The position numbers and the translations under genes were made by a program. Below are positions 26,601-40,254 of a stretch of DNA of 64,000 nt, one piece after another. The notes under the pieces were generated by a model. That model did not search any database. It had not been told where the DNA came from and saw only the letters and a program-made list of their open reading frames with translations. Numbering within the stretch: position 1 is the first letter of the stretch; each line of letters begins with the position of its first letter. The stretch lies in NCBI GenBank assembly GCA_013239625.1, contig MU055753.1, forward strand, positions 4,326,153 to 4,390,152, written 5' to 3'. The stretch comes from Lama guanicoe (taxonomy: Eukaryota).

Positions 26601-29600
26601 ACTGCCATGGCGGGTAAACTCGCCACAGCTTCATTCTAGGGAAGGATGAGGTCTTCCTGCCTGTTGATCTTAATGGGAGTCTGTCTCTGGGTATCCAGCC
26701 AGGCTTCTGGGAGCGGCGCTGGGGTTGGAGTTGTGTCTACCACCTGGGGAGTGTGTACGGGCTCCTTGAGGGCTTACGTGCTGTGGTCTGTGCACGTCTG
26801 TTGCTCTTTTGCTTCCTTATCACCCATCAGGCTTGCATAACCGGGCTGGCCCTGCTTCCTGCTGAGGAGCTATCGGTGCACCATCTGGAGCTGCTAATGG
26901 GTGATAGGACGTCAGCAGCCTCCTCACACTCAGGCGCTTCCTAACCACCCCACCCTCCACCCCAGCCCCGTCTCCAGCTAACCTCTGGCTCCCCCAGGGA
27001 CCTTGGGGCTGGTACTCCTGCACTGAGAGCCTTGCAGGGCACCTTGGGACAGGGGTGTGACAGTTGCATGGACTGTTGCATGGATACCCCACTGCCCCCC
27101 TCCTCCACGTCCCTGAGGCGGAACACTGGGATAGGTCTTTGTTTAAGGAGACAAGAGGGAGAGAGGACACGAGAAGGTAGCTGTGTGGCCCTGGTAGCGC
27201 CCTTGTCTGTGAACAGGGGCAGTCTCTCCACCTCCCCCAGCTGTTGTGGGGACTCAGGTGCATAATGCGCACGGCACGGTCGGCACAGGTATGACATCAG
27301 AGCCCGACAGATCGTGCCCGTGGTTCGTTGTTGTTGGTGAACCTGTTCCCTCAACCCTGCCTCCCCTGCAGGGTGTGGCCAGGGCCCAGGGACAGGGATG
27401 GGATCTGGGCTTGCAGGGGGCAAAGTTGGACACATGGCTGATTCAGAGCCCAGAAACCTCAGGAGACCTAAATTTGAGGCCCCTGAGTCTGAGCTTCAGT
27501 TTCTCATCGGTGCAGCTTGGACACTGGCGCCCAACCTCCTTCACAGGACAGGGTGAGGGTGTAGGTGGTGACCCACTCAGAGCACCTGCTCGGGTGCAAT
27601 TCTTGCAGAAAGTGTCTCGTGGGGAGGGTCCCATGGGGGGCACTCCTCACACAGAGCCCTTCAGCCCAGCCCCTTACAGATTGGACCCTCGAGAGCAAGG
27701 CCCTGATGCAAGAGATGGGCACCTGGCTGCTGATCTGCACCTGCATCTGTGCCTGGGTCGGCCCGGGAGGGTCTGTCCCAGGGGAAGGAGGAGGTGAGGG
27801 CTGGAGCTGTGTCTGTGAGGCCTGTGAGTGGAGAGCTGTGGGGCAGGGTTGTTCTCTGTCAAATCCCCTGAGGAATGGTCTGAGCTGCACTGGGACCTGT
27901 CTTCCTGAGGTCGGCTGGGACTTCAGCCCACCCCATCCTACGGGTCAGAGCCCATCTCCGTCCAGGTCTCCCAGCCTTGCCCTGGATAAACTCCCCTGGG
28001 CTCATTCTCTGGGGACCACCCTGTCAGAGGATGTTAGCTGCCAGGCTCTCCCCTCCCCTAGCCCTGCCCTGAAGCATCCACTGTGGGTTCCCTGCATCAC
28101 TGTTCCCAGGGCTGGGGGCTGGAACTTTCACCTGTCACTCCAACAACATCCTCAGGATTGACTGCCGCTGGTCTGCCCCAGAGCTGGGCCAGGCTGCCGA
28201 GCCCTGGCTCCTCTTCACCAGGTGAGGTGGGAGGGCAGGGATGAGGGGAGGGTCCCGGTGATGGAAGCAGCAGCAGGGGCCAGGCTGGTTCAGTGGCCCC
28301 TTGGTGCCAACACACGCCCTTTCCAGCAACCACGTGCCAGGCAGCAAGCACAGGTGTGTCTTCCGGGCCAGTGTGTGCACTGTGCTGCTGCCCCCTGAGG
28401 AGGTGCTCGTGCCTTCTGACAACTTCAGCATCACTTTCCACCGTCACATCTCTGGGAAGGAGCAGGTCAGCCTGGTGGACCCACAGTACCTGCCCCGGAG
28501 ACATGGTGAGGCCTGGGGTGGGGTGCCTTGGCTGCCAACATCCTGGCTACATGAGTCTGCAGCCCACGCTGCCCATGGCTCAGTGAGTGCTCTTGGCTCC
28601 AGGGTCAGGAGCAGGGTAGGCCCCTAGTAGGGGAGGGCCCACAGGTTGCTAGAGGGGTAGGGTTTTGGAGGAGGATGAAGGTGCAGGGCTTTGAGTTGGC
28701 AGGGGCTGCAGTTTGAGTCACTTGAAATGTACTTTGATCATAGCAAGAAGGACTTCAGTAAGACACTAGGAAGCACTTCCAGCAGCGGCTTATGAAAGAA
28801 AGGGAAGGCGAGATTTGAAACTCCTCTTGTCTGGCTGCAGGGGCTGGAGGAGAGTCATTGCTGTCGTGTACCCCCTGGGTCTTCTCAGGACCAGTCTCCC
28901 AGCGAGGCCCCTGTTCTGAGAGGGCCTGGACCATGCCTCTTCCTGCCCCTCCCCGTGGGAATCTCTCAGATCCCTCGTCCTGGTCGTGCTGACTGACACA
29001 CCCTCTCGTGGCTTCATTCCATTCCAGTGAAGCTGGATCCTCCCTCTGACTTGCAGAGCAATGTCAGCTCTGACCACTGTGTCCTGACTTGGAGCATCAG
29101 TCCTGCCTTGGAGCCGCTGACCTCGCTCCTTAGCTACGAGCTGGCCTTCAAGAGGCAGGAAGAGGCCTGGGAGGTAACAGTTGGTCCTGCTACCCTGGGG
29201 GCCTCTCTCTCCCGGGAGCAGTGGCCCAGGGCCGCTCCTCATCCCACCTAGGGTGATGTCAACTTGGAACTATGAGGAGGGAAGGTGACCAGAGCCAAGG
29301 AGATGTGAGTGCAAGTGTGGCGAGTGTGACTGTGCATGTGTGTGTGCACACGGGTGTGTCTGTGCATGAGTGTGCCTGCGTGTGCGTTAATGTATGTGTG
29401 AGCGTTCCCAGGGTGTGCCTCCATGATGAATGTATGCGTGTAGAGTGTGGTGAGCGTGTTTGTGTGTGCTCAGTGTGAGTGTGCATGCGGCTTGATGAAT
29501 ATAAGCGTGTGCCTGTGGGCGTGTGTAAGTATGCCCACACACATGGGTGTACCTGTTCTCAAGGGCTGATGGACCCAGTCTCACCCTCGGCATCTCCTAA

Positions 29601-32600
29601 TTGTCCTCAACCCCACAGCGGGCTCAGCACAAGGGTCACATTGTTGGGGTGACCCGGCTTGACCTGGAAGCCGTCGAGTTGGACCCTGGTTCCACCTATG
29701 AGGCCAGGCTGCGTGTCCAGATGGCCACCGCGGAGGGCGAGGTGGTGGAGGAAGAGCGTTATGAGGGCCAGTGGAGCGAATGGAGCCAGCCCGTGTGCTT
29801 CCCCTCTCCCCAGAGACGAGGTGGGCACTTCCACACTGCTGCCCTTTGGGGGTCCAGGTTGGCCCTCCCTCCCCTGCTGGTCCCGCCCTTTCACCCTCCT
29901 GGAACCCCTCCCTGAGACAGTCCTGACCCAGAGATGCCCTGAGGCGTGCAGAGAGGAATCACCTGCCACACCTTCCCAGGAGCCTGCTGCTGGTGGCTGT
30001 TGCTGGGAGCAAGTGCAGCCCAGGGGCTGTCCGCCAGGCCTGGTGCTTCTGTCTCTGGAGCCTGGATGTGGCCTCGTTTACTTAGTGGGAGCTGGGCTGA
30101 CCTGGTGCCCTAGGTACTAGGAAGGCTCACTGACCTTGCAGATGGGAAGGGTGAGGCCCTGGGTGCATGGTTCACCCAAGGTGCTTTAGCAAGCGACACA
30201 AACCTTCAAGGCCTGTCATACACCACTCGTACGGGTGCCTTTGCCTCACGGGTTTGGAGGAACACAGCCCCGGGCTGTTCCTGCTCACAGGTCCCCCGAC
30301 CCCAGCTTTGGGGCAGCCTGACAGCACCCTCGTTGCTGTGTGCATCTTCCTGCTGCTGACCAGCCTGACCTACCTGCTCTTCAAGCTTTCACCCAGGTCG
30401 GTAGCCAGGGGTGTATGTGGGAGGATGTGCCTGGGCATGAATGTGTTATCGTACGTGTCAGTGTGTGTCAGTGTGAGTGCGTGTGAGTGTGTGTGGTAGG
30501 CAGGGCACTGAGAGCCAAACCCACAACCCCTCCCCGCACAGTCCTGGATGGGGTTGGGTAGTCAAGCCCCTGCCCTGGACGCGGGGAGTTCCCAAGTTGC
30601 CAGGTGCGTGTGGGGGGCAGTCTGGCCCAAGAGAGCCCTGGACCCAAGGCACTGGGGCCAAGTCGCCTGAGGTTCTTGTCTCCTGCCTCTGGAGGTGCTT
30701 GGTGTTCACTCATTAGTTAACATGTTCCATGAAAGCACAGTGCAGGGCATCTGGTTTTCACGGGACCCTGTTCCCAGCCCTGATGGATGCCACCAAGAAC
30801 CAGATGGACACAAAGTCCCTCCTGAAATTGGCGATCACACATGTCAGGTTACAAGAGCAGGTATTGGGGGGGGCGGCATCATCAAGGAGGGGGTCCCAGA
30901 GAAGATCGGTCAGGTGCAGACAGGTAACAGAGAGAATGAGGGGGTCAGACAAAGAGCAGGGGCAGGTGAGAGAGGAGGTGCTGGGCAGAGCCAGCTGGGC
31001 GGGCCAGCACGTCCAGGAGGATGTCAGGCATGTCCTTGGATCGAAGGACAGCACTTGAAGCATGTCAGTGTGTGATGTGAACTGTTTCATGTTTTGAGAA
31101 TGGATTTTGGTGGTGTACGTGGTCGAGCAGGAGCTTTTGGGAGGCCAGTGGTAGTGTCCAGAGAGGGGTGATCATGTGTGAGCTCGCGAGAGAAGTGGAG
31201 ACGGAGCAAGGGAGGGAACTGCCAGAGTCTTAGGAAGAGAAACTGATGGGATGTGTGAGTGGATGAGATGTGACTGGTGGCCCCTGATGTCACCCCTGAG
31301 GTGGGCCAGGCTCAGGGCAGGTTGGGGAGGTCGACTTGGACCTACTATGTTGGAGCCTCGTGCACTGTCCTCATGGGAAGACCAGTGGGTCCTGGGCAGG
31401 CGGAGCAGGTGCTCGGGGGAAGTCGGGCGGGGCAGGCAGCTGTCTGCTTACTGCACAGTGGGGTTCCTGGAGGTTGCCGGCTTCCTCTGTGACTTGAGGA
31501 CACAGCTGGTCTCCCCCACCCCGGAACCCACCATCACAGCTCACCTTGAAAAGACATGTGTCTTGGTAGAAGCCAGTTCCACGGGGTCATTAGCCAGGGA
31601 GACCGCAGGTGCCAGGCGTAAGGTCTGGACCCAGTGAGAGGGGGGTGTGTGGCAGCAGCACAGATGAGGTTGGGGGGGAGCAAGGTTCCCTGCAGTGACC
31701 TCGGGCCTCCTGGAGTTGGGCCTGGGTAGGAGCCCCCCAGTCTCTGTAGGCCTCTGACTGTCCTCTCTTGGCCTCAGGATGAAGACAACCTTGTACCGGG
31801 ACGTGCCCTCCCCGGGGCCGTTCTTCCAGCCTCTCTACAATGTGCACAACGGGAACTTCCAGGTTCGTGACCCCCTGGCAGGGCAGGGGCTGGGGGCGGG
31901 GCAGGGGTTGCCCGGATCTCTGGCCTGCCCAGGATGTGGGCTTTCGGTGAGGGCTGGGGGCCTTTGTTAGTGCTTTGGGCGTTTCTGGTATATATGGTGG
32001 GTCTAAACTTATACGCTGTGGCTCAGATGGGAAAAAAAAGAGCTTTATTCTCAACTGCTGACTTCTTTTTGTTCTCATGTCTCTAATTCCATTTTTTGTT
32101 TTTGTTTGGTTTTTACTTTTTAATTTTATTTTTTATTGAATTATAGTTGATTTACAATGTTAGTTTCAAGTATACAGCAAAGTGATTCAGTTGTACATAT
32201 ATATATATATATTTTCAGATTTTTCCATTATAGCTCATTATAAGAAGTTGAATATAGTTCCCTGTGCTATACAATAAGTCCTTGTTGTTTATCTGTTTTA
32301 TATATGGACAGTGTGTATCTGTTAATCCCAAACTGCTAACTTATCCTCCCCCTCTCTTCCCCTTTGGTAACCATAGTTTGTTTTCTATGTCTGTGAGTCT
32401 TTTTCTGGTTTGTAAATAAAATTTGTACCTTTTTTTAGATTCCACATACAACTAATAGCATATAATATCTGTCTTCCTCTGGCTGACTTACTTCACTTAG
32501 TATGATGATCTCTAGGTCCATCCATGTTGCTGCAAGTGGCATTATTTCATTCTTTTTAAGGCTGAGTAATATTCCATTGTATATGATATACCAAATCTTC

Positions 32601-34938
32601 TTTTCTTGCCTTTTTAAAAACTTTATTCATTTATGTATTTATTTTACAGTATCATTTTTTAAATTGAAATATAGTTGATGTACAACAGTATATGTTACGG
32701 TATACAATACAGTGATTCACAATTTTTAAAGGTTGTACTCCATTTATAGTTGTTATAAAATGGCTCTGTTCCCCATGGTGTACAGTACATCCTTGTAGCT
32801 TATTTTATACCTGATGGTTTGTGCCTCTTACTCCTCCGCCTCCACCTTGCCCCTCCCCGCCTCCATTTCCCTGCTGGTGACCACTAGTTCCTTCTCCACA
32901 TCTGTGAGTCTGTTTCTTTTCTGTTATATTCACTAGTTTGTTGTGTTTTTTTAGATTCCACATGTGATATCTTACAGTATTTGTCTTTCGGTCTGACTAA
33001 TTTCACTCAACATAGTGCCCTCCGTGCACACCAGAAACTAATACAACATTTTAAATCAACTGTACTTCAGTTAAAAAGCAAGCAAACAAGCAAACGACCG
33101 TTTAGAATACGGGCAGAAGAACTGCTCTAATCCCATTGTTGACGGGGAAATAATGTGCAGGTTCTTGTGATGTTACCTCTGCCTCTTCAGGTTTGCCGCA
33201 GCCTTTCGAGGCAAACGGTCAGTTCACGGTGCCAACCTGGGGGCCCGTCTTCAACAGCCACACATCTGGTCCCTTCTTCTCTGAAGGCGCCTGTGTCTGG
33301 TGGCCGTGGGGAGGGCCTCTTGTGCCTGTGCTCTTGTGCCCGGGGCCCTCCCTGGTCCCTGGGCTACTCTGGTGGCCGCTGTGGAGTGCTCGGCCCCTCC
33401 TGGCATTGCGGCCAGTGAGCTGACTCTACGTGTCCCCGTCGTAGTGCCCTGGGGGCTCTCACAGGCCCCGGGCAAGCTGAGAGCAACCCAAGGGCGGGTC
33501 AGACCCTCCCTGCTGGCCTATGGTTCCTGCTCCAGAGGCAGGAGGTGGCTGAGGAGAAGCTCCAGTGGGTGGTCTCCAGTTCCCACCCTCTCAGGTCCCT
33601 CCCTCTGGGCAAAGCCCAGGAGGCAGAGCTTCCCGGGGTCCACGGACCCGCTCTTCCCAGGCTCTCCCCTCCTGGCCCTGCATGGCTTCCTTCCGCCTGG
33701 CCCTTCTCTCTCGTAACAGGGAGTCTGGCTTTCAAGATTGTCATCCAGACATAGAATTTGAAGCTTAAAGCTGAGCGCTTTGTCTGGGCCGTGTGGGGTA
33801 AAGGTTCTGATGGCCTGGAAAGGTCATCTGCCCCCAGCCCCTTCTCTGTAGAACCATGGTACCTGCCAGGGGTGATTTAGATGCCTCAGTGGCATTCTGG
33901 AGCCACAAGGGGGCTCTCCAGGAGGCAGGGCTGTGATGGAAATTGTGGTCTGTGGTGCACTCGGTGCAGACTCCCAGTCCCTCCTAGGGAGCAGTTTCCT
34001 TTTGCAGGGGGGTCCCTTGTGGCCCTACAGAGGGGTTCAGGTCTGCCGGCCTTGGGTCTAAAGTGCCAGTTCCAACAGCATCTCCTGTCGTAAGTGGAGG
34101 ATAGGGTGAGGTGCCCAGTCTCTGCCGCTGCTGGGAGGGCCTGGAGTGGCAATCAGCCCTCGGTCCCTGTCGCCTGGGTTCAGGCCACCGTGGGCACCGG
34201 GCCCTGCGCTGGGGGAGTGGTGAGGGGCTTGAAGGGAATCAGGGTCTTGTACTGAGGCTGCACTGGTAGGTGGCAGGAAGTGGGGAAGACCAAATGTTTC
34301 AGGCAGAGGCACTGCTTGGCCTCTGGGTGTGGATGTCGGGATGTCAGGAGAGCTTCCTGGAGAAGTGGGGGAGGCTGCTCCCATGGTGAGCCCTGAACAT
34401 GCTGCCTGAGGCCTTCCCTCCTCTCCATGCTCTGTTCTAGACCTGGATAGGGGCCCAGAGAGCCAGTCTACAGCCGAGCCAGGACCATGCCGGGACCCCA
34501 CGAGGAGCCTTGGAGTCCGGTGTCCGGGAGGCCATTGCTTTGCTCACCTATGACCCAGCGGATGCCGGGCAGTCAGGGGGCCTGGAAGAGGAGGAGGAGG
34601 CCAGCACCGGCCTCCCAGCATATGTGTTGCCAGCAGGGCGTATGGAGTGGGGAGGGCAGCCGCCCGCCTACCTGCCGCAGGAGGACTGGGTCCCTGCAAG
34701 CCCTACCAGGCCAGCTCTCCCACGGCCCGAGGACAGTAGCAGCGACTACTGTGCCCTGGGCTGCTACGGGGGTGGCTACCCCTTGGCCTTCACAGGAAGC
34801 ACACAGAGCTCGGAGCCTAGCCTGGCCTGGGCCTGTGGGCTTTCCTGTGACCAGCAGAGCCTGGATGCCCGGCCAGGAGGCAGCTGTGTGGGCATTAGTC
34901 ACAATCAGAGGCAGGATGCTGGTGAACAGGCCATATGA
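23693..34938 (+). CDS. IL9R: Interleukin-9 receptor alpha, 9 coding exons, 489 aa
   Basis: Exons 23693-23720 (MGPSRCVWE), 27680-27793 (signal region MGTWLLICTCIC), 28110-28221, 28327-28505, 29028-29173 (KLDPPSDLQSN), 29619-29820 (WSEWS motif), 30291-30396 (TM LVAVCIFLLLTSLTYLLF), 31778-31862 (Box1 VPSPGPFFQPLY), 34441-34938 (STAT-docking YLPQ). All GT-AG with consistent phases; 1470 nt with no internal stop. Confidence 0.95.
29300..29545 (+). repeat. Degenerate (TG)-rich low-complexity tract in IL9R intron
   Basis: Imperfect gtgtgt/gtgcat repeats. Confidence 0.7.
32090..32600 (-). mobile_element. LINE-1 3' UTR fragment in IL9R intron 8
   Basis: T-rich tail then ttattgaattatagttgatttacaatgt...aggtccatccatgttgctgcaagtggcattatttcattc, an artiodactyl-type L1 3' end in antisense. 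Confidence 0.85.
32601..33076 (-). mobile_element. Chimeric L1-3'-end element, copy A
   Basis: L1 3' UTR with an extra AATAAA tail, preceded by an inverted L1 tail; same architecture as 51288-51758. Confidence 0.7.
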
Positions 34939-35628
34939 GGCCCTCCTCCCCTTGGCAGACAGTCCCCACAGCGCTGCAGCAGGAACACGGACTGAAGTCG
35001 CCGGAGCTGACCCTGGACTGGCACTGGACCTCTGGTCGGGGGCCACCTACACAGTGGTCACACATCCGGTCTGGATGGAGGAAGGAGGGCTCTCCCCTCT
35101 CTGCCTCTCCGCGCGTGGGGCTCTGCTCTCAGCATCCTGCCAACCAGGCCCCCTGCCCACCACTTCCCTCCTTATTTCCTGGCTTAACCCCAGGCCCCTC
35201 TGAGAAGACGGGTGTCTGTGCCACAGCCTGTTCTTCCATTCCCTCCTTAAAGGGCCAGCCTGGGCCAGTGGACACAGGTGGCATGCTGTGACCAGACCAA
35301 GTGTCATCTCTCTGTGTCTTCCTGAGGTACCTCCCCTACTGAGATGTTCCAGATTAATGGCTAGGGGAGGGCCTTGGAGGACGTGTTGTGGGGGGGACAG
35401 TGTCTGGCTATTCTTGGGTTTTCTCGGCTCCAGGAATAGCAGGAGGGGAGGCCCCCTGCTCCTCCTTGTCCTCATCCTCCCGTGGGTCCCAGGAGGCTGA
35501 GAGCTGTGGCCAGAGCTCCCAGTCAGGGCCAGAAGTGACCACCCAGCAGTGGCCTTGTTCAGTGAAGGGCCCTGCCGCCACCCAGCACCCCATGGTCTGG
35601 ATAGAAGAGGGACAGAGCAGAGGGCGCC

Positions 35629-35931
35629 TGTATCTGTCTCCTGTGGCGGCCATAACAACGTAACCACAAACTAGCTGGCTGAGAACAATAGAAATTTGTC
35701 ACCTCTGCACTGCTCCAGTCCTGACAAGGCGTCTTCTGTGTGTGTGTGTGTGTGTGTGTGGATCCCTCCTTTTTATAGAAACACATAGTAGATGGGGGCT
35801 GACCTGATGACTTACTTTATCTTGACTTGATCATCTGCAAAGACCCTGTTTCCATGTAAGGTCATTTTCATGTGGACTAAGGGTTTAGACCTCAGCATAT
35901 GAATTTCTGGGGAGCACAGTTCAACTCAACA
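35629..35931 (-). mobile_element. MLT1-type MaLR LTR with internal (TG)n microsatellite at ~35737-35760
   Basis: Diagnostic ends tgtat..ataacaa..accacaaact..gctggct..aacaatagaaattt and atctgcaaagaccctgtttcca..taaggtca..gggagcacagttcaactcaaca. Confidence 0.75.
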
Positions 35932-37074
35932 GTGTCCCTGCCTCTGCCAGCCCTTCTGGCTAGCCCAAGGGACTGTGGCCCCTCCCGTGGCAACCCCATC
36001 ACCCTTGCTGAGGGCCCCAGGCAGAAGGTCCTCTCCCTCTGGCTGCCGGACTTGAGCCTGGTATGGGGGTCACCGCCCAGTGAGGGCTGGCATGAGCTTG
36101 TTCTGGGGTTGGAGGTGATGACACTTGGAAGACAGGATGCAATGGAGGCCTCTCTCTCTCTGGGTGCTGAGCCAGAGAGGGTACTTCTTTGGAGGGGCTC
36201 CAGGGTCCCCTGTGGCCTGGGCAGAATGGGACTTACAGCCCCAGGCCCCCAAAGGCAATGGTCTCTTCTGGCTCAAATAGGCATCCCCTCCCCTCTGCGT
36301 GGCTGCGGAGCCCTGAGGTTTGGTGGGGAGCCTCAGCAGAGCCGGGTCCTGGTCAGCAAGGACGAGTAGGACCCAGAATGTATCTTTATTACCCAGAGAG
36401 TGGGGGGGTGTGGACGGAAGTGAGGCACAGGCATCCTCAGCTCTAACCAAGTGTAAAAATACTAAGCGTGGGTCCACTTCCTGGAGCCGCGCCTGGGAGC
36501 CCCCGGCTGGTGTATTTATAACAGCATCTGCCTCCTATCTCTTCATGTGGGGCCTGCGTCCCCTGTGGGATCAGACAGCTGGGACACCTCTTCTGTGTGG
36601 CCAGGGACCCTGTTCACTTGATTCACACACTTTGTCCTGGGGGCATCTGAGTGTGACGCCACTTAGAGGCTGTGTGACTGTGGGTGACCACGCTGCCCCT
36701 CAGTACGCGGGACCTCCTCAAGTGTCTGTGAGTTCCTCTAGGCCAGAAGCCTGCACACCGCGCTGCTCGGAAGACACTAACTTCCCCCTAATCAGATGGG
36801 GCAACCCTTGGAAACCGTGCGCTGAGATCTGGTTTAAGGCAGAGCAAGGTTCGAAAGACCCTGTGAGTCCTGGTGAGGGGGCTGCTCATTGCTGGGCATC
36901 GAGGAAGAAGTCAGAGAGAAGGGGCCTGGGGGTCGACTTAGGGAGCTGCTGGTGGAGAGGAATGGAGTGGACCGTGTGGCTGGCCAGGCCCCAGGCAGCG
37001 GCTGGCTGGAGGGAGGCCTTAGGGCCAGGTTGAGGGAGGGTGAGGGACGGGAACTCACCCCAGTCAGGGCATGC

Positions 37075-38545
37075 TTTCTTTTTCTTTGGTTTTCAATGAG
37101 GTCAGATTCACATAATACAAAATTAACTATATCTGAATTGTATGATTTGGTGACATTTAGTATGTGAATGACATTTGAAACCAGCACCTCTGTCTAGTTC
37201 CAAGACATCCTCAGTCTCCAGAAGGAGACCCTGCCCCTCCCACCCTCCCTCTGTCCTCGGTGACCACTGGTCTGCTTTGTCTCTGGATTTACCACTTGTG
37301 GACGTTTGATAGAAGTGGAATCACACAGTACGTGGCCTACCGTGTTCATTTTTTTTCTCTTAACGTAGTGTTTTTGAGGCTCATCCACATTGTAGTGTCA
37401 GTGCCTCAGTTCTTTTTTGTGGCTGAATTATTACCCCAGTGTGTGGATGGACTACGTTCTGTTTATCCATTCATCTTGAGGTGGATGTTTGGGTTATTTC
37501 CACCTTTTCACTTGTTCTTCTTTTTAACATTTTTATTGATTTATAATCATTTTACAATGTTGTGTCAAATTCCAGTGTAGAGCACAATTTTTCAGTTATA
37601 CACGAACATATATATATTTCAGTTTTTTCTCTGTGAGCTACCATAAGATCTTGTGTATGTTTCCCTGTGCTATACAGTATAATCCTGTTTATCTATTCTA
37701 CAATTTTGAAATCCCAGTCTATCCCTTCCCATCCCCCGCCCATTTGGCAACCACAAGTTTGTATTCTATGTCTATGAGTCTATCTCTGTTTTGTATTTAT
37801 GCTTTTTTTTTAAGATTCCACATATGCGCGATCTCATATGGTATTTTTTTTTCTTTCTGGCTTACTTCACTTAGAATGACATTCTCCAGGAGCATCCATG
37901 TTGCTGCAAATCCTTTTCACTCTTGAGAACAGTGCTGCTCTGAACATTCCTGTACAACTTTTTGTTTGAATATCTGTTTTCAGTTCTTTTGTGTATATTC
38001 CTAGGGGTGGCTTTTGTAGATTATAAGTTAATTCTATGTTTATCTTTTTGAGGATCTGTCAAACTGTCTTCCAAAGTGGCTGCAACATTTCACATTTCCA
38101 TCAGTAATATACTAGGGTTCCAATTTCTCCATATCTTTGCCAACTTGTTATGTCCATTTTTTTGATAACAGCTATTCTAACAGATGCGAAATGACCCCTC
38201 CCTGTGATTTTGATCTGCAGGTCCCTGACGGCTAGTAATGTTGTGTGATTTGTGTATCTTCTTTGGAGGAAAGTCTGCTCAAGTCCTTTGTCCATTTTAA
38301 ATTTGGTTTATTTACCTTTTTGTTGCTGAGTTGTAAGAGCGCTTTATATATTCTGGAGACAANNNNNNNNNNNNNNNNNNNNNNNNNNNNNNNNNNNNNN
38401 NNNNNNNNNNNNNNNNNNNNNNNNNNNNNNNNNNNNNNNNNNNNNNNNNNNNNNNNNNNNNNNNNNNNNNNNNNNNNNNNNNNNNNNNNNNNNNNNNNNN
38501 GCCTGTGTTTTTGGTGCCATACCCAAGAAATCATTGCCAAGTCCA
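37075..38545 (-). mobile_element. Old LINE-1 3' region containing a younger nested L1 3' end (37513-37911)
   Basis: L1-like minus-strand translations (VSRIYKALLQLSNKK..WTKDLSR). The nested insert is flanked by the 10-bp TSD ccttttcact (37503-37512 and 37912-37921). Confidence 0.8.
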
Positions 38546-39224
38546 ATGCCAGTAAACACACGAAAAGATGTTCAATGGCTGTCCCATTAGGCACCCCACC
38601 AGCAGTGAATGAAAGTTCCTGTTACAACTGCTAATTAACAAAACTTAATTCAATACAGATTTTATTCATTTCCAATGTTAATTTAAGTCAGCATTTTTTG
38701 CTCCACCATCGAGTTTTTTCCATACATTTCTTTTTTTCCCCACACATTTCTAATACAGTTTGATTCTGTGTCACATTGCATAGTCCATCCTATGACACTC
38801 CTTAATCCATATTCTGGTCCCCTTGACATGGATGTACCCCAGTTTGCTTATGCATTCATCTATTAAAGGACATCCTGATCTCTTCAAGTTTTTACCCACT
38901 GTGAGTAAAGCTGCTATGCATAATTACAGCCTTGTTTGCATTTGGACATAAGTTTTCAAAGCATTTGTTGGAAGCAAGATTGTTGGATCCCAAGGTGAGA
39001 CTTGTTTAGCTTTGGGGGAAACCGCCCACCTGTCTTATGAAGTGGCTGTACGTGCATTCCACCAGCAATGAAGGAGAGTTCTTGTTCCTCACCACCAGCA
39101 ACTGGTATTTTCATATTTTTGGAGTTTAGCAGTTCTAATAGGTGTGCTGTGATAGCTCATGATTTTAATCTGTAATTCCTTAATAGTGCAGGATGCTGAG
39201 CGTATCTGTACGTCTTCTTTGGCT

Positions 39225-39920
39225 AGGCACCTGTTCAGATCTTTACCCACTTTTATGGGGTTGTTTTAGAGTTCTTTGTATATTTTGAGTCCAAATCCTT
39301 TATCAGATATGTGCTTCACAAATATTTTTCTCTCAGTTTGTGGCTTGTCTTTTGGTTTTTTTGAATAACGTCTTTCCTAGAGTAGAAATCTTTAATTTTG
39401 TAAAGTCTGTTATATTCCTTGTTTTTCTGTTGTAAGTTGGCTTTCTGTGTTGTGTGATAAAACTCAAAGCTCATGATCTACATGACTGAACCCAAGGTCA
39501 TGTAAATGTTCTTCCATGTTTACCTCTATAATTTCAATAGTTCTGCATTTCAAATTTGTCTATCGATAATTTTGAGTGAGTTCGGTATAAGTCATAAGGC
39601 TTATGGCTACACTCACTTCATTCCATACGGTCTCCCATTAATTGTTCCTTAACTATTTTTGGAGACGTTAAGGGACATTGTCTCCATTTCAGTTTGAATT
39701 TCCAGTTTAATGGATTCAGCACTTCTGCCAGCAGGGGGCAATGTCTCCACTGGACTGTGAACTTGGCCCTGCTCTCTCTGCACTGACCACAGGGTGGCGC
39801 TGAGCCTGCACCTCTTACCCATGTGGCTTCCACCATGGACTTGGCTCTGTGCTGAGGAGCTGTCTCTCCTCAGGCCCCACCAGGGCTGCGCTCTGGGGAA
39901 AAACTGCAGGTCAGCGTCTA
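39225..39920. repeat. Local duplication, copy 1 (old L1 fragment plus GC-richer segment with CTCF-like motifs)
   Basis: Collinear similarity with 41630-42340: ttcagatcttt, aaactcaaagct, caaatttgtct, ttccttaactatttt, ttcagtttgaatttcca, agcagggggca, tcagc.tcta. Confidence 0.75.
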
Positions 39921-40254
39921 TGCAACAGGAGCTCAGTCTCCTTAGGATTCTGGGGCTGTGGCTTCAGGACAAGGCGGGGCTGCGTCCATGCTGACAGAAG
40001 CTGGATTTCCTGATGACCCTGGTGCTTCCAGGAGGAAAAGCTGAGGACAAGTGGGGAGAAGCTCCCTGTGTGCAGCTGACTGCTGGGGGGTCGGGTGAGT
40101 CCATCTTCAGACGACCCAGGTGGGCTTGGGGTGTGGAAAACTGGGGTTTTATCTGTTTTGTGTCTGGTGTAGACAGCACGTGGCATGTGGTGTCCTCTTT
40201 TCCCAGCACTTCCTGCTGAGGGCGCTGTCCTTCCCCTTGGGGTGTTCCGGCCAC

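Noticed and set aside
34487-35203. 238-aa ORF overlapping the last IL9R exon in another frame
   Set aside because: No evidence of use; typical of GC-rich exons.
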